64,000 nucleotides of DNA. Source: Octopus sinensis (taxonomy: Eukaryota). The notes under the pieces were generated by a model. That model saw nothing but the letters and a program-made list of their open reading frames with translations. It was not told the origin of the DNA and made no database searches. The stretch lies in contig NC_042997.1 in assembly GCF_006345805.1 (NCBI RefSeq), positions 8,432,001-8,496,000 of the forward strand. Reading direction: 5' to 3'. Made by a program: the position numbers and the translations under genes. Shown here piece after piece: positions 52,439-64,000 of the stretch (position 1 is its first letter; the number at the start of each line of letters is the position of its first letter).

Positions 52439-53282
52439 CTGTTTTTGTTAACTGGCTTTGTTAACAACCTGTGTTCAAATCTTGCTAAGAGTTGTTTTGC
52501 CTCTCCTCAATGTGGCCAAAGAAATTCCTGTCCATTACTTGTGGTTCTTCATATTACTGTCACATCTTTAAAGATAATGTAATCCATTTTACCTTCATTC
52601 AGAGCCTGTAAAAGGGATGTTCAGGTTACATTGGTCATGAAGCCTAATGAGCCAAGGAAAGTCAGAGACCACCTGCCGCCCTTTCTTTAGAAATTTAAAC
52701 TCACAGATCCCTTGTTTGAGAGTTTCCTTCTCAGACCAGAATGCAGTCTTATTTCACCTTACAAAATTTCTGTCAGAGATCCAAATTGTGCAACTTTCCG
52801 CTTATGATATAAAATTAAATATTTTATCACCCTAGCTGCCATCATTATCCTCCTTCTTCCCTTCGTTATCATTATTATTTTCTATAAACCAAAAGGGACA
52901 TTAAAACCCTTATGAGGTTTCTTTCTTCTGACTTGTGCAATTAATTTCTCTGAAATCCAACGGTGTTTCATCAGAGGTGAATCAAAGGAAAAACAATAAT
53001 TGCAATAAACAAAAAAATATGATGATATCCAACGCATAGCATTGTATGTACACACAAACATACATTTGCAATAAAAAGATATTTATCTCTAATATCTTTA
53101 CACGTTATATATAATTACACGTTTCTTTTTCTTTTTTTTTTTTTCTTTTTCCGCTTTTACATTTTTATGTTAATTTGCCAATACTGTGCATTTCAACATA
53201 CGAGAATATTCTTGGGGGTGAATATTTTCTCTTGAGCTTGGTTATGTTGTTATTTTTGTAATTTGAAATATTATTATTATTG

Positions 53283-53338
<56 letters not shown>

Positions 53339-53577
53339 GAAGCAAAAAAGAAGAGTGCCATTGTTATCAAGTAAATGGTGTTTCGACATCACGTGTGTCT
53401 TCCACGGGTTAGAAAATATAAGCTTGTCAATCTACTTCATTTTGGTAATATTTCTAGGATTAATGTTACTCTTCCAGGACATATAGAAGCAAAAAAACAA
53501 GAGTGGTACTCTTCTTCTTTTGCTTCTATATTTTCTGGAGGAGTAACCTCAACCCTATACATATTATTATTATTATT

Positions 53578-54131
53578 GAGTGAGAGAGCAGTTCATGCCA
53601 TCAAAGTGACACTGGGGTAAAATATACGAAGCCCAATATACCCATCATGACTACCTGTCTGATATAGGTACACCAGGCACATGCATCACAACCATATGTG
53701 CGCGACATGGTGATCTCATATCAAGATAAACAGCACATGACCTTGCAGGTGGGGCCCAGTTAGAATTTTCTTCAGGTTGAGTAGCTCATCCCGCTCAAAC
53801 GGTCCCTGAATAAGGGTTGTTTAAGGATGTTGAAAGAACCACCCATGTTTCCAGAGGTGAACTATTCAAACCCCAAAGACTCCCTCTCAACACATGGCTA
53901 TGATGCTCCCCCACTACTTCTACTCGTGATCAGAGATGCACATATCGTCAGCCACTAAGGGACATGCTCAACTGGTTAAGGTCAAACAACTGACAAGCAA
54001 ATCTGTGGTATTGAGCAGAATATTTGCTGTAGCCCATCTTTTATACCAAGACAAAACAATGTACATGATAACACTTGCAATCAGTTAAGATCAGAAGCCA
54101 TGAGAGCCACTGCCTGGTACTGCATCAGGGC
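53578..54131 (-). mobile_element. 554-bp TAA-embedded non-autonomous retroposon, longest copy
   Basis: (TTA)n on both flanks; two 5'-truncated sisters; no ORF. Confidence 0.85.
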
Positions 54132-54193
54132 ATTTATTATTATTATTATTTATTATTATTATTATTATTATCATTATTATTATTATTATTATT

Positions 54194-54229
<36 letters not shown>

Positions 54230-54299
54230 ATCATTATTATTATTACCATCATCATTGTCATCGTCATTATCATCGTCATCATCCTCATTATTATTATTC

Positions 54300-54660
54300 G
54301 AGAATCGTTAGCACACCGGGAATATGCTTAACGGTTTTTTGTCCGTCTTCACGCCCTAACTTCAAATTCTGCCGAGGTCAACTTTGCTTTCATCTTATCG
54401 GGGCCAATTAAATAAGTACCAGTTATGCACTGGAGTCAATATTATCGACTTACTCCTTCACCCCAAATTTCAGGTCTTGTACCTGGAGTAGAAAGGATTA
54501 TTATTTTTATTATTACTTAAGGCGGTGAGCTGGCAAAATGCTGGGCGGCATTTCGCATATCTTTACGTTCTGAGTTCAAATTCCACCGATATCGACTTTA
54601 CCTTTCATCGTTTCGGGTCCGATGAAATAAGTACCATTTGAGTACAGGAGACAATGTAAT
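54300..54660 (+). mobile_element. Two degenerate family D SINE pieces
   Basis: caaattctgccgaggtcaactttgc and gagttcaaattccaccgatatcgac motifs. Confidence 0.7.
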
Positions 54661-56231
54661 CGGCTTGCCCCACCCCATGAAAATGCTGGCCTCGTGCCAA
54701 AATTTTATGCCATCATCATCATCATCATCATTATTATTATTGTTAGTAGTAGTTGTAGTAGTAGTAGTCGTAGTAGTAGTAGTCGTAGTAGTAGTAGTAG
54801 TAGTAGTAGTAGTTCTGCTACTACTAATGCATCCCTATGAAGATTGTTTTCAATAAAGATTTTAATAATTTTACCTCTTACGAATTGAAATTTTGCAAGA
54901 GGGGAAAGTGAAACTTGTGAAGGAAAACTAAACTACATGCTGTGAGCTACTATAATAGTATTAATAGTGGTAACATTTACAGGAAACGGATGTAGGGGAA
55001 AGAATTATTTGGAAGAAAAATGGTAATTGTGAGGAGGATAAAGAAACAAAATAAGATGACGAAAGTTCCAAACTAAATGGTTTTCCTCCGGTTTAGCCTG
55101 TTTGATATAAAATTTGTCTTGATGTTTTTGATTTTTTTTTTCAGCCAGTTTTGCTTCTAACACCATGTAACCGACGGCATTTTCCTCTCACTACAAAAGA
55201 GATGTACCTGCATCTGATTGGCCTACATATGGATATGTTTGCATCAAAATAATATATTGTTGCTGAAGTATTTGAGAAGGTAGTATACTCATATTTTATC
55301 AGATATGGCATATATATTTTCCAGTATTTTTCTCTACTAGACATTTATATCGTTGCACTAAAATATTTATAAATATTTGCAACCTTTCACTGAAATCGTT
55401 CGTTAATTACACTCAACTAGGATGAATTTCGGGTGCTCATACGTTTACAAATTCACTGCCCGCAAGTCATACGTTAACATACTTTTCGTTGTATAATATA
55501 TTGTTTTCACCTGCAACCAAGGAGACTTCAGTAATAAACATTAACAAACGTGACAGTTTAATACATTAACACATGGCATCTGAATTTTATTAGTTACAGC
55601 CGTAAAAATATTTTTAAAATTAACAGTTGCTTGTATCTGACTTTCACATCTCTATTGCTTTCGTGTGTAGAGAGATTAAAAAATATCATTGTCGAGGATG
55701 TCTGGAGATTTTTATTTACTGCTGAATTTTAATGACTAAAACTTATTTATTATAGCAAGCAAATTTCAACAAAATTTATTTATTATACCAAAGCAAAGTA
55801 TAAATTAAAATTGTTAATTTCTTTGATGTCCCAATTTAGCAAATTAACAAAACACTGAAAAAACTTTTAGACAATTCAATATGGCAATTTTCAAAATACC
55901 AAAAGAGCTATTGATAGAATTTGTTAGGAATGTTCAAGAACCACCTTTATCAAATTTTGTCTTGCTGATCATGATTTAAAGGTACAAATGCTTGTGATTA
56001 TTACACAAACAGTTACACTACAATACAATGAGTAGGGTTCTACCATTTAGCAAGTAACTGAATTCTTTAGCAAACATCTGGGGTTTCCATATTGAGTGAG
56101 GGCACGGTTCCGCACGTCAGTATCAGAAGCACTGTCATCCAATCTGAAAAGTCTTAATTGTGATAAAGTTTCCAAAGATTATTATGCATAAGGATACATG
56201 TGATCAAAAGTCTGGAGTTCTGATAATGTAA

Positions 56232-56308
<77 letters not shown>

Positions 56309-56309
<1 letters not shown>

Positions 56310-56485
56310 CAGACAAAGGATGTGTTTATTAATTGACATGAGTATTCTCTGTGATCACAATATAGCGGCGAAAGAATTTGACAAGATTAGTAAATATAAA
56401 GACCTGCTAATAGAAATCAAAAAAATGTGGCATCTCAGGGCAACTACAATACCAGTGATTGTAGGATTTCTAGGAATGATAAAAA
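56309..56485 (+). mobile_element. R4/Dong RLE fragment (duplicate of 57249-57427)
   Basis: CLLIDMSI...KISKYKDLLIEIKKMWHL...IPVIVGFLGMIK. Confidence 0.85.
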
Positions 56486-56562
56486 TCGCTGGTACACCGG
56501 CGATTATAATTAATTTTATTGTATCGCATTTATCTTTGTTTATATATATATATATATATATT

Positions 56563-57150
56563 TAGGAGTTGGACAAAATAATAGAAACATCTAGCATCAT
56601 AGCATCATACTTTTGAAATATCTATAAAACTGTCAAACGCTTGTTTATTTTTATGTTTTTTTAATTTATTATTAGTGTTGCTTAATATGTTTTGCTAAAA
56701 TTGCTGTTTCTTTTCAGATATCATCAGAAAAAGGTAATTAAAATTCATTAAAATGACAGATCTATCGGACTTTCAAAGAGGTCAAATTGTTGGTGCTCGT
56801 ATAGCAGGCGCTAACATAATTTCAACAGCGAGAATATTTGGTGTATCAAGAAGTACTGTCTCGAAAGTAATGACAGACTTTGAGAAAGAGGGAAAAACTT
56901 CCTCCACGAAACAAAACTCCGGAAGAAAACCAAAGCTTTCAGATAGGGTCTGTCGGACTCTTACGCGAATTGTTAGAAAGAATCACAAAAGTACGGCTCC
57001 CAAAATTACTGCTAAGTTTAATGGCCACTTCGAGAACCCAGTTTCCACAAAAGTAGTTCGCCAGGAGGTGCACAAAGCCGGATTTCATGGAAGGGCTGCA
57101 ATCAGAAAAGCACTACTTTGAAAAACAAACGTTGCAAAGTGTTTAAAGTG
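56563..57150 (+). mobile_element. Tc1-family transposon 5' part (paired-like HTH domain), truncated
   Basis: TIR-like ta|ggagttggacaaaataatagaaacatc next to (TA)n. ORF 56753-57121 MTDLSDFQRGQIVGAR...GVSRSTVSKV...SGRKPKLSDR...GFHGRAAIRK. Confidence 0.88.
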
Positions 57151-57244
57151 AATTCCGGTGCATTTTTACCTACACTGTGTTACGAAGGAATAATAATAAT
57201 AATAATTATTATTATTATTATTATTATTATTATTGTTATTATAA

Positions 57245-57525
57245 AATATCAGACAAAAAGGATGTGTTTATTAATTGACATGAGTATTCTCTGTGATCAC
57301 AATATAGCGGCGAAAGAATTTGACAAGATTAGTAAATATAAAGACCTGCTAATAGAAATCAAAAAAATGTGGCATCTCAGGGCAACTACAATACCAGTGA
57401 TTGTAGGATTTCTAGGAATGATAAAAAAAGGTACTGAAACCTATTTGAAACCTACAGGAAGTGCAAAAAATCGTATTAACTGGAACGGCTCATGTACTGA
57501 GAGAAGAGCATTATCGCTGTGAAAA
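57245..57525 (+). mobile_element. R4/Dong LINE 3' end
   Basis: RLE C-terminus following a (TAA/TTA)n tract. Confidence 0.85.
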
Positions 57526-57689
57526 TAACATCCATCCATGAATTTATTTATTTATTAATTTTTAAATACATATTTTATCTGTGAATTTGCGCGTTATCTG
57601 GGAATGCATATAATGCCCTTCTCTGCCCTAGGTGTATGGAAAACACTCGGCGAGAAACGGAAGAAAATTTGAAGGAAAAAACATAGTAG

Positions 57690-58365
57690 TAGTAGTAGTA
57701 ATGAGAAAATGATAAGTGCAGAATCTGTGGACAAAATGGTGAAACCATATGGCATATTACCAGCCAATGTACGCCACTAGCCCAGAAGGAATTTAAGAGA
57801 CGCCACGACAATATAGCAAGGCTTGTCCATTGGGCACTTTGCAAGAAGTATGGACTTGACAGAGCAAAAAATTAGTACAACCACAAACCCGAAGTCATCA
57901 TCGAAAATGATAATGCAAAGATCCTGTGGGATTTTATGATTCAGTGCGACCATGAGATAGAGAATAGGAAGCCAGACATAGTCTTAATTGAGAAAGAAAC
58001 TAAACTAAGATGGATCATAGATATGGCATGTCCAGCTGACTACAAGGTATGTGATAAGGAAGAAAGAAAAGTCAATACGTATGACAGGCTAGCTTGGGGA
58101 GTAAAGCTGTTGTCAAGGAAAAAGGTGGTAGTGGTACCAGTTATTGTCGCAGCCCTGGGAACAGTGAGTAAAAATCTCGAGAAGTACAAGGAGACAAATA
58201 GGAGCCGCAATAAGGGTGGAGCACTTGCAGAAAACAGCACTGCTTGGAACTGCTCGAATACTCCGGAAGGTGCTCGAAAAATAAGCGGTGTTACTTTAGC
58301 TCACTGGTAGTGAACAGCTGACACCGTAGTACATCTCCAGCGTTAGAAGCTGTGCAAAAGCTAGA
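57690..58365 (+). mobile_element. R4/Dong LINE 3' end
   Basis: RHDNIARLVHWALCKKYGL...KILWDFMIQCDHEIENRKPDIVLIEK...WIIDMACP...VPVIVAALGTV; (AAG)n(TAA)n tail. Confidence 0.9.
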
Positions 58366-58395
58366 AGAAGAAGAAGAAGAAGAAGAAGAGCAATG

Positions 58396-58458
<63 letters not shown>

Positions 58459-58464
58459 TACGAC

Positions 58465-58900
58465 AGAGTTGGGACCCGTATACACTGGAAACTATGCCAG
58501 CACAGAAAAAAAATGGTATAGGTACACACCGGAAAATTTCACAGAGAATGAGAAAGCAACCACACTCTGGGATATGCCACCGATAGAGAAATTAAGGCCA
58601 ATAGGCCGGATATAGTTTTGAGAGATCACCAAGAAAATTGCTTTCTAATTGATGTATCATTACCAACAGATGGCAAAGATCTTGAAATAGAGGTAACTCG
58701 AACGTGGAATCTAAAGACAGAAACAATTCCTATCATAGTGGGCGCAATAAGTATGATAAAAAATATTGAGACAAATATATAACAAAACACCAGGACTAAC
58801 AAGTACAGAAAATAACACTACTAGGCACTGCACACATCCTGCGTAAAACACTTCCAATTCGGTAGTGTAGCAAAAGCACGTGATGAAAATAAGACGACTG
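58465..58900 (+). mobile_element. R4/Dong LINE 3' end between two (TAA)n tracts
   Basis: ENEKATTLWDM..DREIKANRPDIVLRDH...CFLIDVSLP...IPIIVGA...LLGTAHILRK. Confidence 0.8.
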
Positions 58901-58902
58901 AT

Positions 58903-58947
<45 letters not shown>

Positions 58948-59263
58948 TTTCGATGCCTTCGTGTTTTAAAAAATGATTATTATTATTATGCAATTTACTC
59001 AATTTGCCTTGCCAAAATTTGTGCCCCTCTAGACGGACATTGTTTGATCACTGCTAAAAGAAAACCATAGAAAAATCTTGAATATTTACACGAGAATTCT
59101 ATTTACAGGATAGACTAACGAACATACACAAAAGCACGATTCAATGGGGGGCCAGAAACAAATGATTAAATTCGACTTTTAGTTTGAACAGGTCAATGAT
59201 TCGTCATCTACCGTACATCTTGAATCTGCCCCCAGTTCCAGTTTCCAATGATCTGCTGACACA

Positions 59264-59775
59264 TCTATATATATAAAACTGTAGTTGTGTGAGTGTCTGT
59301 CCCCTTCGATTTAGATTCCTAACTCCTCCCACATTTTGCGGTGCAGTTTAACCAAATTCGGGTATCTTATAGTCGTGATTCATATCAAGCCCATTTGAGT
59401 ATTAGCGCGCGTCTACGATGAGTATACGATTTTAAAAATAATTTAACATCATTTTTTATTCCATTTTAATGCATAATTTTTCGTGTGTCGATGGCGGCGG
59501 AGTTGGCGTCCATGGTCACACCTGCACCTGTTTGCTTCTCCCCTTCTTCCCTCCCTCATGAAGCTGTGGGGAAGGGAGTGTAAGGAAATCAACGTCGTAA
59601 AGCGTTGTCAAGGAGACCAGCGTTCTTTTAGAACAACGACCTCATGGCTTGAAGACACCAAAACAGAAATGGCTAAGAAAGCCCGAATTGGCATCTATAA
59701 GGGAAGTAACTCTCTAAAAATGCTTATATAGTTATTTCCCTTACAAACCCGAGCAACGCCGGGCGATACTGCTAG
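59264..59775 (+). mobile_element. Non-autonomous Helitron (512 bp)
   Basis: A|TCtatatatataaaac start, 3' hairpin cccgagcaacgccggg, CTAG|T end (A/T target site). Confidence 0.88.
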
Positions 59776-60321
59776 TATAAGATAAAATTGTCTGTCAAAG
59801 AGTGGACAAACAATATCTATTTAAATGCTTTAAAGGAGGATTCGAGAGTATAAAGAGGATTCTCTATTGCTACCAGCGATGGCGCACATTCCTTTCTCTT
59901 TTTATGTTTTTGTGGGGTTTTTTTTTGCTTTTGTTATTTCTCTTTTTTATAAATTTTTATGTAACTCCATAATGTGTCATCTTGCACCGTTCTCGACCTT
60001 TTTGACAACACTCTTGGTTCATAAAAAAAATTCCTGTTTAAATGCACCCGCAACAGTCGTAATTAATTAAAATTTTTGAATTCCTTGTAAAAACAAATAT
60101 TTCGGAATTTTCTGGAATGTTAAAAAATGCTGAAACATGATACAAATATACCAACCGACGGCGGAGAGCATTCTGTCAACCAAAATCCAAGTGCCAACGT
60201 AGCCATAACAACGTCCTCAAAGGCAAGGCTATTAACATGATTTTGTCTTGACACTATGGCAGCGGCAACACCAACAAAAACAACAACAATTACAGTAGCT
60301 ATAATGTGTTCTGCAGCAATA

Positions 60322-60540
60322 TATTTCTTTACTACCCACAAGGGGCTAAACATAGAGGGGGGCAAACAAGGACAGACAAAGGGATTAAGTCGATTACATC
60401 GACCCCAGTACGAAACTGGTACTTTATTTATCGACCCCGAAAGGATGAAAGGCAAAGTCAACCTCGGCGGAATTTGAACTCAGAACGTAACGCAAAGCAT
60501 TTCGCCGGCGTGCTAACAATTCTGCCAGCTCACCGCCTTC
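60322..60540 (-). mobile_element. Family D SINE monomer
   Basis: Reverse complement of the 44856 head plus one unit. Confidence 0.85.
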
Positions 60541-60658
60541 ATATGTTTAGCAGCAATAGCAACAGCAATAATAATAACGATAGCAACAACAGCAATAACA
60601 AAAGCAACAATAACAACATAAAAAAGAGCTACAACTCTTATCTTTTTTGAAGACAGTA

Positions 60659-61020
60659 GGAGTGGCTGTGTGGTAAGTAGCTTGCTTACCAACCTCATGG
60701 TTCCGGGTTCAGTCCCACTGCGTGTCTTCTACTATAGCCTCGGGCCGACCAAAGCCTTGTGGTAGACGGAAACTGAAAGAAACCCGTTGCATATATGTAT
60801 GTATATGTATGTGTGTGTCTGTGTTTGTCCCCCCCCCCAACATTGCTTGACTACCGATGCTGGTGTGTTTACGTCCCCATAACTTAGCGGTTCGGTAAAA
60901 GAGACCGATAGAATAAGTACTAGGCTTCCAAAGAATAAGTCCTTGGATCGATTTGCTTGACTAAAGGAAGTGCTCCAGCATGGCCACAGTCAAATGACTG
61001 AAACAAGTAAGTAAAGAGAG
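60659..61020 (+). mobile_element. CORE-like SINE (CpGs retained)
   Basis: Same family as 8125, with two small deletions. Confidence 0.85.
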
Positions 61021-61299
61021 TAGCTGAGTCCTACAGCATAAAAATGATGCTGGCAAACGAGGCTATGTCTCTTAATTAGGGAGGGAAACATTAGCTCTGA
61101 ATAAAAACCATTGTATATAAACGCATTTCATGCAACGCAGGGAGAATTAAATTTCCTACCTAGGCAGAAACTGAAAAAATTCCTCTAAGATATGTGGCCC
61201 TCAGCTCTATACATATATGAAGGGAAACAGTATGGAACTGTAAATGTCATATGCATCAGCAAACAAGGAACTTGAAGAATAGCAACAATAACATGCATC

Positions 61300-63720
61300 C
61301 CACCCACCCCGAATTTTACTGTGATTTACCTTTATATAGGAAGGGAGTTGACGCGAATTCGAGTTGAGAACGTGCCGGCTAATCGAAATGCAGAGTTTTA
61401 TCCAGTCTGGGGGAGTACGAGGAAAGTGTGGAGGAGAAATCCATCCCCCAACTAAACAGGAATGGAATCGTTATGGAATTCCAGATACTGGTTGCATCAG
61501 AGGTATTCATTTGCATTCCAGATTTTTTGTTTCGTGGAAAATGAGCAGATGTCAGTGTTGACAGAGAGCAGAAAACTCAGATATTTTGTGTAGGGGAATT
61601 CAAATCATCTCAAAAGCTTTCAGCTCCGATACCTTCTACCGTTACTACCAACTCCACCGAAAGAATCGTTTCCTCATACAATTAATGAAAATATTAAAAC
61701 AAACATACACCAGCCTCTTTCCTCAAACTCAGGCTTCAAGTAATCAAAGGTCACGCCGAGAGATAAAGATCTGATGAAATCCCCAAAAGGCCTTTTTCGG
61801 GGATAAGAGGAAGAATCAGACACAAACAAATAGAAGTAACCCCAAATTGTAAGCTATGAGACACGACAGAAAAATAGAAATTCATCACAAAATCACACAC
61901 CAAAAACATCAACATGAGCATCAAAAGAAAACTAACTTTTACAAGCACACTCACAAACACAAAATAATTTTTTAAATATTATTTAAACAAAATAAACTCT
62001 TGAACTACAACATAACCAACAGTCACACACTCATGTACACACTTTCCTTATTAACTTCGCTGCTGTTCAGAAGAGCAACATTGAAGTGATTGATGTAGTA
62101 ATTAACAGCAAAAATATTCTAAGGGGGCAATATTTTGCAGCACTCTTACCAAAAACACCCGTTGATAGAATAACAATAGAAGCCGATACTAATACGTATC
62201 TGCACTTAGGGAAAAAATTTCTCAGGACATCGGAGTGTTCAGCAAGTGCCTCCAAAAAGCTTATTAGAGAAAAGGAAGGCTGAAGACCAAGGTAAATAAT
62301 CTCTTCATTTTCTTTTCTCTAACCTAAATGGCTATACTTAAAATAGAATAGGCTATGTAAATGTCTGAGACAAGGGTTCGGCTTAGAAGCAGGACCACTT
62401 GCTCAACGATCTCAATCCGTTCAACATAGATGTGATAACCATCAGCGAGACAAGAATTTTTAGCGCACACACTAACACACATTCTCGACGACTATGAGGT
62501 ATTCTTATCTTGTTGCGCAGCAGGATAGCACTGCTATTCAAAAATCCTTATATTTCAAAGTATGGGCAATCTTCTAGACCCAGACAGTTGGTTTTAATGG
62601 TAGTGAAGGTGGTGCCTTTAGACGGATAGCCGTTTATAATAAGACAGGAGCTGGAAGGCTAGATTTTTTCAGGTATCAGGAAATATTCATGGGATCGTCT
62701 CGCTCTTTAGTAGTAGTGGGGCTAGAATTGTATTTTGGATGCACAGAATGTGGGGGCTAGTGAATAGCAGAAGCGGGTGCAAAAGTTTCGAAAACCTGCA
62801 CAGAAACGTTTCAGCTGTCTTATAGTACCTACCAGACATATGAAACGCTTGTGAGCAGGTTTTTCCTGATGTGCCAGAGTGAATAAGGAGCAACCATTAT
62901 GGTTTATCCATATCCTATACCGATAGAGTATTTGTTAAGCAATTCGAAACTGGTTGACTACAGAGGCCACAAATTTACGACTTGCTTAGTCGATTTAGAT
63001 AGGACCCGTATACAGGAATCTGGAATGCGCCCTTACCGGCAAGCAAAGACTATAGGGTCCAGGTTACTGAACTAGTTAAGTGGTAGTTGACGGGGGCAAT
63101 CGACAACATCTGATGATTCTATTCTAATTGCTTTGAAGAGTGCAGTAAGAATAGAACCAGTAGCTTTTGGTAACTTACTAGCTGCAAGAATGACCCTTGA
63201 CCATTTGAGACGAAACACAAAGGCTGCGTTATCAGAGCTAAGGCACATGCATTCAAGCACGAGGGAACTTTATCAGATCTAAGATACATGCGCTTAGATA
63301 CATGGATCCAAACAGTGGAGACATGATATAGCAACAAAACTACAATTAGAGTTTTGACGGACGGGGAAGAGTGCCTGCTGCTCGGTTCCGAACAGATATG
63401 CGTGGCTTTCCAGCAGCACTTTGCCCGACATTTTGAGGAAGGCAATCTCTATCAGGTCTATCCACAACCTCTACTTTATGCGACACATCATTGAGAGGTC
63501 TGGGACCAAAGCTGGTTTTGGAGGGACCCAGATCAATTTGGATCAGTCTAAAGCATTCTTAGAAGCTGTCCTGGAATCGACCAGGTTAGAACTCGTTTTC
63601 AGAGGCTTGATCGCTGCAATACACAGTGGTACCGGCTCAGTGATCAAAGTAAACAGCTACCAATCGGAAACGTTTTGCATCACACGTTCGTTCAGAACTT
63701 CCCACTCTCGCCTGTTCTGT
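61300..63720 (+). mobile_element. Degenerate Tx1/L1-clade LINE (ORF1 remnant, APE and RT fragments)
   Basis: APE-like region about 62340-62900 (DVITISETR); RT HNLYFMRHIIER...INLDQSKAF...VFRGLIAAIHSG, homologous to the 34.4-36.8 kb element. The 5' boundary is uncertain. Confidence 0.75.
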
Positions 63721-64000
63721 ATGAGGGTTAAAATTATGAACATTATTCGAAGAATGGATTCTTTGGCTTTAAGTGTAGAGACCTTTTCTTTTGAAAATAT
63801 TGTATCATATTTTAACCATTGTAAGACTATGGTAGAATCCAAATTCCATTATTTAACTTTCAACTGCTTTGAACTGAAGTATTTTCTTGTAGAGCTGACC
63901 TCATGACATCTTCTGACAAGATTAACAATATTGGATTTTGATACCGTAATCCGCTTTGCCATTGAAAACTTGAGCCTGAGCAAGAAACTTAAAATCACAA

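Noticed and set aside
54090-54131. U1 snRNA-like words (TACC.GGCAG.GG...CATG) at the 5' end of the TAA retroposon
   Set aside because: Similarity does not extend, and the other U1-like words are out of order.
55143-55290. Strong plus-strand splice acceptor (t-run cag) followed by exon-like sequence; similar case at 50200
   Set aside because: All three frames hit stops before a good donor, and there is no supporting neighbouring exon.

Overview
AT-rich, repeat-saturated animal genomic DNA. The SINE families (CORE-like tRNA-derived SINEs with internal TA/TG microsatellites) point to an octopus or other coleoid cephalopod; that assignment is inference. No intact protein-coding gene can be identified, and most listed ORFs are microsatellite artefacts or transposon fossils. 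The window splits at a compact CpG-rich promoter (about 22.7-23.05 kb; NRF1, ETS, CRE, YY1 and TCT-like motifs). The left 22 kb is strongly CpG-depleted and looks like the methylated body of a leftward-transcribed housekeeping gene whose exons I can only tentatively guess. The right 41 kb keeps its CpGs and is a transposon graveyard: Tx1/L1, R4/Dong, RTE, mariner, Tc1, hAT, Helitron and Helentron-type elements, plus a degenerate tRNA-Glu. The most interesting signal is a set of non-coding repeats carrying hammerhead-ribozyme (HHR) motifs of the Penelope/retrozyme type. These include two head-to-head fold-back elements (550-bp and 72-bp arms) whose HHRs share a non-canonical CCGANGA core, and a fixed-length 205-bp unit with a canonical minimal HHR. 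Second are microsatellite-targeting retroelements: a Tx1 LINE embedded in (GATA)n, and R4/Dong LINE ends plus a 554-bp non-autonomous partner embedded in (TAA)n. All coordinates were counted by eye and may be off by a few bases.
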